A DNA stretch of 64,000 nucleotides, from contig CAWCIE010000012.1 in the NCBI GenBank assembly GCA_963795475.1, forward strand, positions 324,710 to 388,709. Direction: 5' to 3'. Position 1 is the first letter of the stretch. Every line of letters starts with the position of its first letter. Both the position numbers and the translations under genes were made by a program. Source of the DNA: an uncultured Gammaproteobacteria bacterium. GTDB taxonomy: Bacteria; Pseudomonadota; Gammaproteobacteria; Steroidobacterales; Steroidobacteraceae. Positions 55,159 through 63,326 of the stretch are shown here, in pieces. The notes below the pieces were generated by a model. It saw nothing but the letters and a program-made list of their open reading frames with translations, ran no database searches and was not told the DNA's origin.

Positions 55159-56363
55159 TGATGAAGGTGTCCGCGCAGCGTATCGTCGGCCGGATGGCGG
55201 TGATTTTCACCGCCCTGCTGCTGGTCCGGGCTACCTGCGCGGATGTCCTGCCCGATGATCGGGCGGACCTCTTTTACAGCAAGTATTCGGGCGGCGGCAT
55301 GGACATCACCGGGGAATCGGTGCTGGTACGCAAGAAATTCACCGAGAATTTCGCGGTCGAAGCCAATTATTTCGTGGACAAGGTCTCGGGCGCGTCGATC
55401 GACGTTCTGAGCCAGGCCAGCCAGATCAAGGACGAGCGCAAGCAGAAGAGCGGCACGGTCGAGTACGTCCACGACAAGACCACCTACACGGCCTCGTTCA
55501 TCAACTCGGTGGAGCGCGACTACAAGTCCGATACCGGAAGCTTCTCCTTGAAACAGGACATGTTCGGCGATCTGACCACGCTGTCGCTCGCCTTCTCGAA
55601 CACGAACGACACGGTCGGCGAGAACAACGGCACGGCATTCGTGCCGGTGATAACCTGGCTCGGGCATGCGGAAAGCCGCAGCTACGACATCGACCTCTCT
55701 CAGATCCTCACCAAGAACTTCATTGCGGGCGTGAATTTCAACGTCATCACCGATCAGGGCTACCTCGCGAATCCCTACCGGTCGGTGCGCTACCTCGATC
55801 CGAGCAACGCCAAGGGCTATTCGCTGGCAAGCCAGGTCTATCCCGACACCCGGACCAGCACGGCGATTCAGGTGGAGGGCAAGTACTACCTGCCCTACCG
55901 CGCGGCGATCACCGCATCGTATCGATACTTCCGCGACACATGGGACATCGTGGGCAATACCTACGAGCTCGACTACACCCACCCCATCAGCAACATCTGG
56001 ATCCTGGAAGGCCGGTTCCGCTATTACAAGCAGAATCACGCGAACTTCTACAGCGATTTGTTCGCGTACGCCGATGAATACCGCTTCGAAGGCCGCGACC
56101 AGGATCTCGCGGCCCAGGAAAATTACACCATCGGCGCGAAGGCGACCTATGCGTTCCTTCCGAACGGCTGGAAGATGTTCAAGCGGGCGACCGTCACGCT
56201 GGACGTGAGCCGCGTGACCTTTCACTATCTGGATTTCACCAACATCAAGTATTACGGCATACAGAGCGGACCAGGAGTGATAGGAGGCTACCAGCCGGGC
56301 AGCGAACCGCTGTATCAGTTCAACGCCACGGTCTTCCAGCTCTATATGTCGATGTTCTTCTGA
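55158..56363 (+). CDS. DUF3570 outer-membrane beta-barrel-like protein
   Basis: The N-terminus is MMKVSAQRIVGRMAVIFTALLLVRATCA (a signal peptide). ...DLFYSKYSGGGMDITGESVLVRKKF...ANYFVDKVSGASIDV... fits my memory of DUF3570. The start overlaps the DUF4266 stop (TGATG). Confidence 0.7.
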   Translation: MMKVSAQRIVGRMAVIFTALLLVRATCADVLPDDRADLFYSKYSGGGMDITGESVLVRKKFTENFAVEANYFVDKVSGASIDVLSQASQIKDERKQKSGTVEYVHDKTTYTASFINSVERDYKSDTGSFSLKQDMFGDLTTLSLAFSNTNDTVGENNGTAFVPVITWLGHAESRSYDIDLSQILTKNFIAGVNFNVITDQGYLANPYRSVRYLDPSNAKGYSLASQVYPDTRTSTAIQVEGKYYLPYRAAITASYRYFRDTWDIVGNTYELDYTHPISNIWILEGRFRYYKQNHANFYSDLFAYADEYRFEGRDQDLAAQENYTIGAKATYAFLPNGWKMFKRATVTLDVSRVTFHYLDFTNIKYYGIQSGPGVIGGYQPGSEPLYQFNATVFQLYMSMFF

Positions 56364-56752
56364 CCGGATGCGACGACGCCGCGCCACCAGACCAGCAGCA
56401 TGGGGGCGAGGGCGGCAATGATGGCGATGGTATCCGCCACCCAATCCCAAAAATCCCGGTCGCGGTGCACGATGTCGAGTCCCTGAACGATCTCGATGAG
56501 TGCGCCGAACGCCGACAACAGCGCGCCCAGGACGAAGAGATTGCGCCTCGGAAACCCCGCCACGGCAAGCCCCGTCAGCGCGTAGAAAGCGATGAAGTGT
56601 TCCGCCTTGTCCCAAGGGGCGAGTTGCAGGGCCTCTTTCGGCGGAATGATCGCGCTGTAAAAAGTGAAAATCAGCGCCGCGAAGAACGCGACCTGTGCGA
56701 GACGAATCAGCAAGGAGACTCGGAGCACGGGACATCCAAAAACCGAGAGCAT
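56342..56752 (-). CDS. VanZ-like family membrane protein
   Basis: It has four hydrophobic segments. The VanZ-type motifs are ...WDKAEHFIAFYALTGLA... and ...DFWDWVADT. Confidence 0.65.
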   Translation of the reverse strand: MLSVFGCPVLRVSLLIRLAQVAFFAALIFTFYSAIIPPKEALQLAPWDKAEHFIAFYALTGLAVAGFPRRNLFVLGALLSAFGALIEIVQGLDIVHRDRDFWDWVADTIAIIAALAPMLLVWWRGVVASGQKNIDI

Positions 56753-56841
56753 AGCAAATAGCTCTCTCGCTCCCCGGGGAAGCCGCCGCGCGCGTGGCCG
56801 CCGGGAGTGACGCCGCCGGAATTATTCTGCATATTAACGGC

Positions 56842-57192
56842 ATGCCGAAACCTCACCGACCGGCCCGCCGCCCGCTGTCCCGCCGCGATGTGCTCAAGAC
56901 ACTGGCGCTCGGGGCCGCAGCCGCGGTCGGCCTCGAGACGCAGCGGTCGCGCGGCGCCGAATCCGGGCAGAAACTCGATGTCCATGACCCGGCCGCCGTG
57001 AGGCTAGGCTACGTGGAAAATGCCGGCCAGGTCGACACCAAGAAATTCCCGCAGTTCGTGCCCGGGTCGAATTGCGATAACTGCCTGCAATTGCAGGGCA
57101 AGCCCGGCGACAACTACCGGCCGTGCAGCTTGTTTCCCGGCAAGCTGGTGTCGGTGAGCGGCTGGTGCTCGGGCTGGACGGCGGAGATGTAG
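56842..57192 (+). CDS. High-potential iron-sulfur protein (HiPIP) with a Tat signal
   Basis: The Tat signal is MPKPHRPARRPLSRRDVLKTLALGAAAAVG. The four cluster cysteines have HiPIP spacing: ...SNCDNCLQLQG...YRPCSLFPGKLVSVSGWCSGW. Confidence 0.85.
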   Translation: MPKPHRPARRPLSRRDVLKTLALGAAAAVGLETQRSRGAESGQKLDVHDPAAVRLGYVENAGQVDTKKFPQFVPGSNCDNCLQLQGKPGDNYRPCSLFPGKLVSVSGWCSGWTAEM

Positions 57193-57214
57193 ACCGAGCC
57201 CCGGACCACCGCTC

Positions 57215-58180
57215 TCATGAACGTTTCCGCGGAAACGCCTCACGGGAGCGGTCCGCAAACCTGTTCCTGACCAGCACGCCGATGGCGGGAAAATCCACGA
57301 AGAACCCATCGATACCGCGCGCGAGGTAGCGCTCTATTTCAGCCGGCAGGTCGCCATGCGCGGCAGGGTCCGTTCCGGATTTGAGGTCGTCGGGCAGGAA
57401 TTCGTTCTCCGCCCGGAATGTCCAAACGTGCACCGCCATCCCCGCCTCATGGGCCGCAGCTACGTTCTCCGGGGTGGCGAGCGATTTGGCCACACCGATG
57501 GCATCGGCATACCTCGCCACTCCCGCGATATCCTCGACCTCGTGCTCGAGCAACTGCACGAGCGGCAAGCGCGTCATGCCCCTGAATTGCTTCAAGTTAT
57601 TCGGATCGAATGATTGGATGAACACCGGCGAGCCCGGTGCGGCGTAGCCAAAACGCCCCAGGGTCTCGAGAACAGCCGCTTCCTGGGGCAATCCCAGCGA
57701 TTGGAAATGCGCCGGATGCTTGGTCTCCGGATACACGCCGATCCTGGGCTGACCCTGGCGCAGGCGGTTGGTGTCGACCGCCAGCTGCATGATCTCGTCG
57801 AAGGTCGGCACCTGGAATTGGCCGTCGAACACGGTGTTCGCAGGCCGCAGTGTCGGCAGCCGCTCCCGCGCGCGCAAGGTTTTCAGCTCGGCGAGGGTGA
57901 AGTCCTCGGTAAACCAGCCGTTCATCGTTTCGCCGTCGACGGCCTGCGTACGGCGCCGGCTCGCGAACTCCGGATGGTCCGCCACATCCGTCGTTCCGCC
58001 GATCTCGGGTTCGTGGCGCGCCACCAGTACCCCATCGCGCGTCATGACCAGATCGGGCTCGATGTAGTCGGCACCCTGCTCGATGGCACGCTGGTAGCTT
58101 GCGAGAGTGTGCTCGGGACGCTCGCCGCTCGCGCCGCGGTGAGCGATGACGATTACTGTTGTCGGACGATTGTCGGGCAC
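57215..58180 (-). CDS. Glycerophosphodiester phosphodiesterase (GDPD family)
   Basis: Signatures include ...VIAHRGASGERPEHTLASYQRAIEQGADYIEPDLVMTRDGVLVARHE... and ...WTF. No signal peptide is evident. Confidence 0.85.
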   Translation of the reverse strand: MPDNRPTTVIVIAHRGASGERPEHTLASYQRAIEQGADYIEPDLVMTRDGVLVARHEPEIGGTTDVADHPEFASRRRTQAVDGETMNGWFTEDFTLAELKTLRARERLPTLRPANTVFDGQFQVPTFDEIMQLAVDTNRLRQGQPRIGVYPETKHPAHFQSLGLPQEAAVLETLGRFGYAAPGSPVFIQSFDPNNLKQFRGMTRLPLVQLLEHEVEDIAGVARYADAIGVAKSLATPENVAAAHEAGMAVHVWTFRAENEFLPDDLKSGTDPAAHGDLPAEIERYLARGIDGFFVDFPAIGVLVRNRFADRSREAFPRKRS

Positions 58181-58291
58181 GGAGCACCTGGCGGCAGCCT
58201 TCGCCCTAGTCTAGCTTACGCGCACAGCCGAGGCTCCCCGTGGGAGGAGCCTCGGACACCGCGGGGGCGCGCACCGGCGGCCCCGCGCTTG

Positions 58292-58486
58292 TTACTGTGG
58301 CGGCGCGACCGGCAACGTACTCGTCTCGTACGCAGCCATCACACCATTCGTTCCCGGCGCCCAGCTCGGGCGTTCGATCAGCGCGCTGCTGTCTCTATCC
58401 GCACGTACCGAGACCGGTTGGGCCGCAAATGCCGCTCCAATGGCAAAAGCAGCGACGCCCACGACTACTGCTTTGCGACGGTTCAT
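58292..58486 (-). CDS. Hypothetical 64-aa secreted protein
   Basis: The signal peptide is MNRRKAVVVGVAAFAIGAAFAAQP. The ORF begins 9 nt after the repeat-protein stop. I recognise no family. Confidence 0.45.
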   Translation of the reverse strand: MNRRKAVVVGVAAFAIGAAFAAQPVSVRADRDSSALIERPSWAPGTNGVMAAYETSTLPVAPPQ

Positions 58487-58495
58487 GACGCTACC

Positions 58496-58870
58496 TCACG
58501 CCACGTACGGCGGGTTCGAGCCCGGATCATCGGTCAGCGCCAGGTACGGCGGGTTCGAGCCCGGATCATCGGTCAGCGCCAGGTACGGCGGGTTCGAGCC
58601 CGGATCATCGGTCAGCGCCAGGTACGGCGGGTTCGAGCCCGGATCATCGGTCAGCGCCAGGCATGGCGGGTTCGAGCCCGGATCATCGGTCAGCGCCAGG
58701 CATGGCGGGTTCGAGCCCGGATCATCGGTCAGCGCCAGGTATGGCGGGTTCGAGCCTGGATCATCGGTCAGCGCCAGGTATGGCGGGTTCGAGCCCGGAT
58801 CATCGGCCAGCGCGAAAGCGGCACTGGACACTGCGCAGGCTGCGAACAAAGCGATTAGACTTGCCTTCAT
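58496..58870 (-). CDS. Secreted protein built almost entirely from eight 13-residue tandem repeats (LALTDDPGSNPP[Y/C])
   Basis: The signal peptide is MKASLIALFAACAVSSAAFA. It is followed by 8 x DDPGSNPP(Y/C)LALT. G/C is preferred at the third codon position. Confidence 0.75.
   Translation of the reverse strand: MKASLIALFAACAVSSAAFALADDPGSNPPYLALTDDPGSNPPYLALTDDPGSNPPCLALTDDPGSNPPCLALTDDPGSNPPYLALTDDPGSNPPYLALTDDPGSNPPYLALTDDPGSNPPYVA
58505..58816. repeat. 39-bp x 8 tandem repeat (coding)
   Basis: Units begin at 58505, 58544, 58583, 58622, 58661, 58700, 58739 and 58778. Units 1-4 are identical (GTACGGCGGGTTCGAGCCCGGATCATCGGTCAGCGCCAG). Units 5-6 start GCATGG. Units 7-8 start GTATGG, and unit 7 also has CCTGGA. 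The 3' part of unit 8 diverges. Confidence 0.95.
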
Positions 58871-59036
58871 TTGATTTCTCCGTTATGGTGGTTGACGGGC
58901 CGCCGAAATAACGGCCTCGGCGGTAAAGCGACAATAAGTTGAAATTCCCCTCATGGTGCAGCGCGACATCGATTCATATGCGGCGAACCCTGAGGGATTC
59001 TGTACGGGAACGGCTGAGTAGGGCGGACGATCGGCG

Positions 59037-59601
59037 ATGTTAGTCCCCTCCAATTTCACGCAACTCCTGACCGAGTGGCGCGAGGGCCATCCCCAGGCGC
59101 TGGAGCGCCTGACGCCGTTGGTTTATGACGAGTTGCGCCGTCTCGCGCGTAATTACATGAAGAGGGAGCGGGGCAGATCACACGCTCCAAGCCACCGCGG
59201 TCGTGCACGAGGCGTTCTTGCGGCTCATTCAAGCCAACGTAGCCCTGCAGGATCGCGCTCATTTCTTCGCGCTCGCGTCGCGGCTGATGCGGCGGGTGTT
59301 GGTGGACCACGCGAAGTCACGGGCGCGCATCAAGCGCGGACCGGGGATTCGGGAGCCCGCCACGGAGGACACCATTCCGCCGGCTGCCAGCATCGACGTG
59401 ATTGCGCTCGACGAAGCGCTCGAGGGTCTTCAACAGATGGAGCCTAGATTGGCCCAGGTGATCGAGCTGCATTATTTCGGGGGACTGACCTACGATCAGA
59501 TTGCCGCGGCCGGCGGTGCGTCGGCCGCGACCGTTCATCGCGATATTCGGCTTGCCCGGGCCTGGTTGCTCAACGAGATCGCCGGTCAGCGCTCGACATG
59601 A
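59037..59601 (+). pseudogene. ECF sigma-70 factor (TIGR02999/ECF43-like), one frame break at a G4 run
   Basis: Frame 1 reads [45 protein letters not shown]. At GGGG (59170-59173) the homology moves to (A)[21 protein letters not shown]...[33 protein letters not shown]...ATVHRDIRLARAWL, which is track ORF 59203..59601. Confidence 0.8.
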
Positions 59602-62307
59602 TCCCGCGCACCCGCTGGCAGCGAATTCAGTCGCTCTTCGAGGAGGTCGTCGACGTGCCTGCGCCGGAACGCGCGAGCGTCTTGCGGATTCCTGCGGCGG
59701 CGACGCCGATCTCCAGCGCTCGGTAGAATCGCTGCTCGCATCGGACGAGAGAACCGCGGATCCCTTGATGAACGCGATCAGCGAAGCAGCGGAGTCGCTG
59801 CTCATCGACCATCAGGATCGGCTGGTCGGGACTCGCATCGGACACTACCGCATCGTGTCTGTTCTCGGACAGGGCGGCATGAGCACGGTGTATAGAGGCG
59901 AGAGGGACGACGCACAATACCGGCAAACCGTGGCGATCAAGGTGCTGCATCACACTGCCTTGCACCCCAGGCTCCGAAACCGCCTGCACAGCGAGCGTCA
60001 TATCCTTGCGACGTTGGCGCATCCCTCGATCGCGCGCCTGATAGACAGCGGCGAGCTCGACGACGGCACGCCATACCTGGTGATGGAGCACGTCGATGGC
60101 GAGGCGATCGACTCCTATTGCGACAGCCGCACGCTGTTCATACGCGAACGGCTGGAGATCTTCGTTCAGGTTTGCGCGGCGGTGCAATTCGCGCACCGGA
60201 ACCTGGTCGTGCATCGCGACATCAAGGCCGCGAACATCCTGGTGAAAGGCGACGGCATGCCGAAGCTCCTCGACTTCGGCATCGCGAAATTACTGGCACC
60301 CGAGAGCCTGTCGCACACCGTGCCCGTGACGCGGCTGCAGGAACGCATACTGACCCCCGAGAACGCGGCTCCCGAGCAGGTCCTGGGCCGGCCCATCACC
60401 ACGGCGACCGACATCTACGGCCTCGGCGTGTTGCTGTATCAGCTCTTGACCGGCCGGTCGCCCTATAGATTGCTGAGCTACAGTCAATTGCAGCTCGAGC
60501 GCGCGATCTGCATGGACGATCCGATGCGGCCGAGCCAGATGGTCGTCGCCAAGCTGGGCAACGAGACCGATGCCGATCGAAGCCGCATCTCCGATCGGCG
60601 CGGTCTCTCGCCGCCGCGCCTGCGCGCGAGGTTGAGCGGCGACCTGGATGCCATCGTGTCGATGGCGATGCGCAAGGAGCCGGACCGCCGCTACCCTTCC
60701 GTCGAGGCTCTCGCCGACGATTTGAATCGCCACTTGCAAGGCCAGCCCGTGCGCGCCCGTCAGGGAGACTGGCGATACAACAGCTCCAAATTCATGCGCC
60801 GGCACTTGCTGCCGGTTTTGGCGGTCGGCGCGGCGTTCCTCGGCCTGGCGGTCATCGCGGGGGTGACCTTGTGGCAGAACCATCGGATCGAACTGGCGCG
60901 CGAGGCCACGGCCCAGGAGCGCGATCGCGCTCAGCAAGTTTCAGCGTTCCTGGTGGATGTGTTTTCCGAGGCCGACCCGTTCAAGGCGCAAGGTCACGAG
61001 GCCACCGCCCGGGAGCTGCTCGATCGCGGCGCCGCGAAAATCATCGATAACTCTGCGTTGCAGCCTGAGGTCCGGGCGCAGCTTCTGGAAAGCATCGGGC
61101 TCGCCTATCGCCGCAAAGGCGACAGCGATCGCGCCATTCCGCTGTTCGAGCGAGCCGTGGCTATCCGCCGTTCCGAGCATCCGATGGACAGCCATCGCAC
61201 CGCCGCCGCGCTCGCCAATCTCGCCCGCGCATTGACCGACGGTGGAAATCTGGTCTCGGCGGAGGGGTATCTTCAGCAGGCGCTCGATCTTTCGAAGAAC
61301 GGCGATTCCTCGCCCTCGGTCGAGACCGCGGACATCCTGGTGCAATACGCCCAATTCGAGCTGAGCGCGAAGAGCGATCCGCCGCGCGCCACAAGGCTGT
61401 TCACCGAAGCGCTCGGCATTTACCGCAGTGCATTGGGAAACCAGCACCTTTCGGTCGCCGTGACGCTTGAGCGGTCTTGCATCGGCGGCCCTATGGACGA
61501 ACGATTATGCCTCCGCGGAGCAATACGAGCGGCAGGCAATCGAGATCTTCCAGGCGACGGTGAGCCGCAACTATCCCGACCACGCGGTCGCGTTGGCGAC
61601 CTTGGGCTACGTCCTCACGGAGCGCGGCCAGTACCGCGAGGCGGAGCAGGTGCTCACCGAAGCGTTTCAAATCGAGCGCGCCGTGTTCGGAGAGAACAAC
61701 GACCTGCTCGCGCAGACCGATGCGCAATTTCAGCCTGCTCTACGACCGGCAAGGCGACGAGGCTCGCGCGATCAAGGCGATACGGGATGCGATCGCGATC
61801 GAGGTCAAGGTGCATGGTCCCGACCACTTCTTGACCGGCTACTATCTTGATGGTCTCGCCAATCTCTATCTGAAAACCGGCGATCTTCCGCGGGCCGAGG
61901 ACACCGTACGCCAAAGTTTGGCGGCGCTCACGACCTCCTTGCCGGGCCAGCATCTGTATATCGCCTCCGCGCGGCAGACCCTCGGCGAAGTGCTGTTGAG
62001 CCGCGGGGCGCTCGCGGCCGCAGAGACCGAATTGCGGGCCGCAGTCGATATCAACACCAATCTCGTCGGCGCGGATCATTGGCGCACCGCTCGAAGCGCC
62101 GCGAGCTTGGGCTGGGCGCTGATCAAGAATGACAGGGCCGCCGAAGGCGAGCCGATGCTGGTGAATGCGCGCACGCGGCTCCTCGCGACCGTGGGGCCGA
62201 GTGATCCGGCGACGCAATTGGCCACCGCCCGCCTGGCAGAATACTATCGATCCCGACACCGCGATGCCGAGGCAATGAAGGTTCTCGCGGGCTCCGACAA
62301 GAGGTAA
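59598..62307 (+). pseudogene. Ser/Thr protein kinase with TM segment and C-terminal TPR domain, three frame breaks
   Basis: The ATG overlaps the sigma stop (ATGA). The homology runs as follows.
- MIPRTRWQRIQSLFEEVVDVPAPERASVL, then a shift near 59684.
- ADSCGGDADLQRSVESLL...HYRIVSVLGQGGMSTVY...VAIKVL...HRDIKAANILV...DFGIAKLL..., a TM segment and TPRs, up to ~61466.
- SGLASAALWTNDYASAEQYERQAIEIF..., up to ~61722.
- NFSLLYDRQGDEARAIKAIRDAI... through to the stop at 62307. Confidence 0.8.
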
Positions 62308-62398
62308 GCTTGCGGAACTAAGCGCTCGGCGCGGGGTCCGCTTCGCTAGAACCGGAAATCCGCGCCAATCGAGCAATCCAGCCACGCCGGGAGTCATA

Positions 62399-63232
62399 AT
62401 GATCATTGGAAAAAAGGCCGCTCCGAAACTCGTCGCAGCGGCCGTCCTGACGGCAACGTCCATCATTGCAAATAATTCATTTGCGGGCGCCGCGCGAGAG
62501 GAAGGAAGACTATTGACCGCAACCGAAGTGCTGGACGACGTTCAGGGCATGCCGGATCAACGGCTGCCCGACACGCTTCTCGCACACGCGTACGGAATCG
62601 CAGTGATCCCCGACGTGACCAAGATTGCGTTCTTCTTCGGCGGCCGCCACGGCAATGGCGTGCTGACGGTGCGCGACACGCTCACCTCGCCCTGGAGCAA
62701 TCCCGTGTTCATCGCGCTGACCGGAGGAAGTTGGGGCCTTCAGGCTGGAGCGCAATCCTCGGACATCATTCTTGTGTTCACCACCAAGAGCGGGATCGAG
62801 GGCATCACCGGCGGCAAGCTCACCCTCGGCGCCGACGCCTCGGTAGCTGCCGGTCCCGTCGGGCGCCAGGGCTCGGCCGCGACCGATGTGTCGCTCGCGG
62901 AGATCTATTCCTATGCCCGGACGCGCGGACTCTTCGGCGGCATCGCCGTCGACGGCAGCGTGATCGCGATCGACAAGTCGGCGAACGAGGATCTTTACGG
63001 CAAGAAGGGTGTGACCGCGACCGAGATCTTCTCGGGCAAGGCACCGGCACCGCCGGAGACCGCGCAACGATTCCTCGCAAGACTGGATCAAGCGACGCAC
63101 ACTGGGGCGCGATCGTCGCCCGCGCCCCAGGCGGAAGCGCCGGCTGCAACCGCGCAGACCCCGCCTTCGCCTGCGGCCCCGGCGCCCGAGGCCCCTCGCA
63201 CGTACCCGCTCGAGAATCAGAGCCCGAACTGA
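62399..63232 (+). CDS. SYLF (DUF500/Ysc84-like) lipid-binding domain protein with a signal peptide and Pro/Ala tail
   Basis: Signatures include ...LLAHAYGIAVIPDVTKIAFFFGGRHGNGVL...WSNPVFIALTGGSWGLQAGAQSSDIILVF...GKLTLGADASVAAGPVGR...YSYARTRGLFGGIAVDGSVI. Confidence 0.8.
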   Translation: MIIGKKAAPKLVAAAVLTATSIIANNSFAGAAREEGRLLTATEVLDDVQGMPDQRLPDTLLAHAYGIAVIPDVTKIAFFFGGRHGNGVLTVRDTLTSPWSNPVFIALTGGSWGLQAGAQSSDIILVFTTKSGIEGITGGKLTLGADASVAAGPVGRQGSAATDVSLAEIYSYARTRGLFGGIAVDGSVIAIDKSANEDLYGKKGVTATEIFSGKAPAPPETAQRFLARLDQATHTGARSSPAPQAEAPAATAQTPPSPAAPAPEAPRTYPLENQSPN

Positions 63233-63326
63233 TCCTGCGGCGCCGCATCTAACTCCCGCTGCACCGCACCGAACAAGGCGCCCGGCGGGTTCGTCGAATC
63301 CGGCTTGAAATGTTACCCTGACCCTT

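Noticed and set aside
58505-58816. Possible CRISPR array (regular 39-bp repeats)
   Set aside because: The units are directly adjacent with no spacers. They are in frame within a signal-peptide ORF, and no cas genes are nearby. This is a coding tandem repeat.
58496-58870. Multi-core RiPP precursor interpretation of the 13-residue repeat protein
   Set aside because: It has a Sec-type signal peptide rather than a leader. No radical-SAM, cyclodehydratase, protease or ABC-maturation genes are adjacent. I keep it only as a remote possibility.
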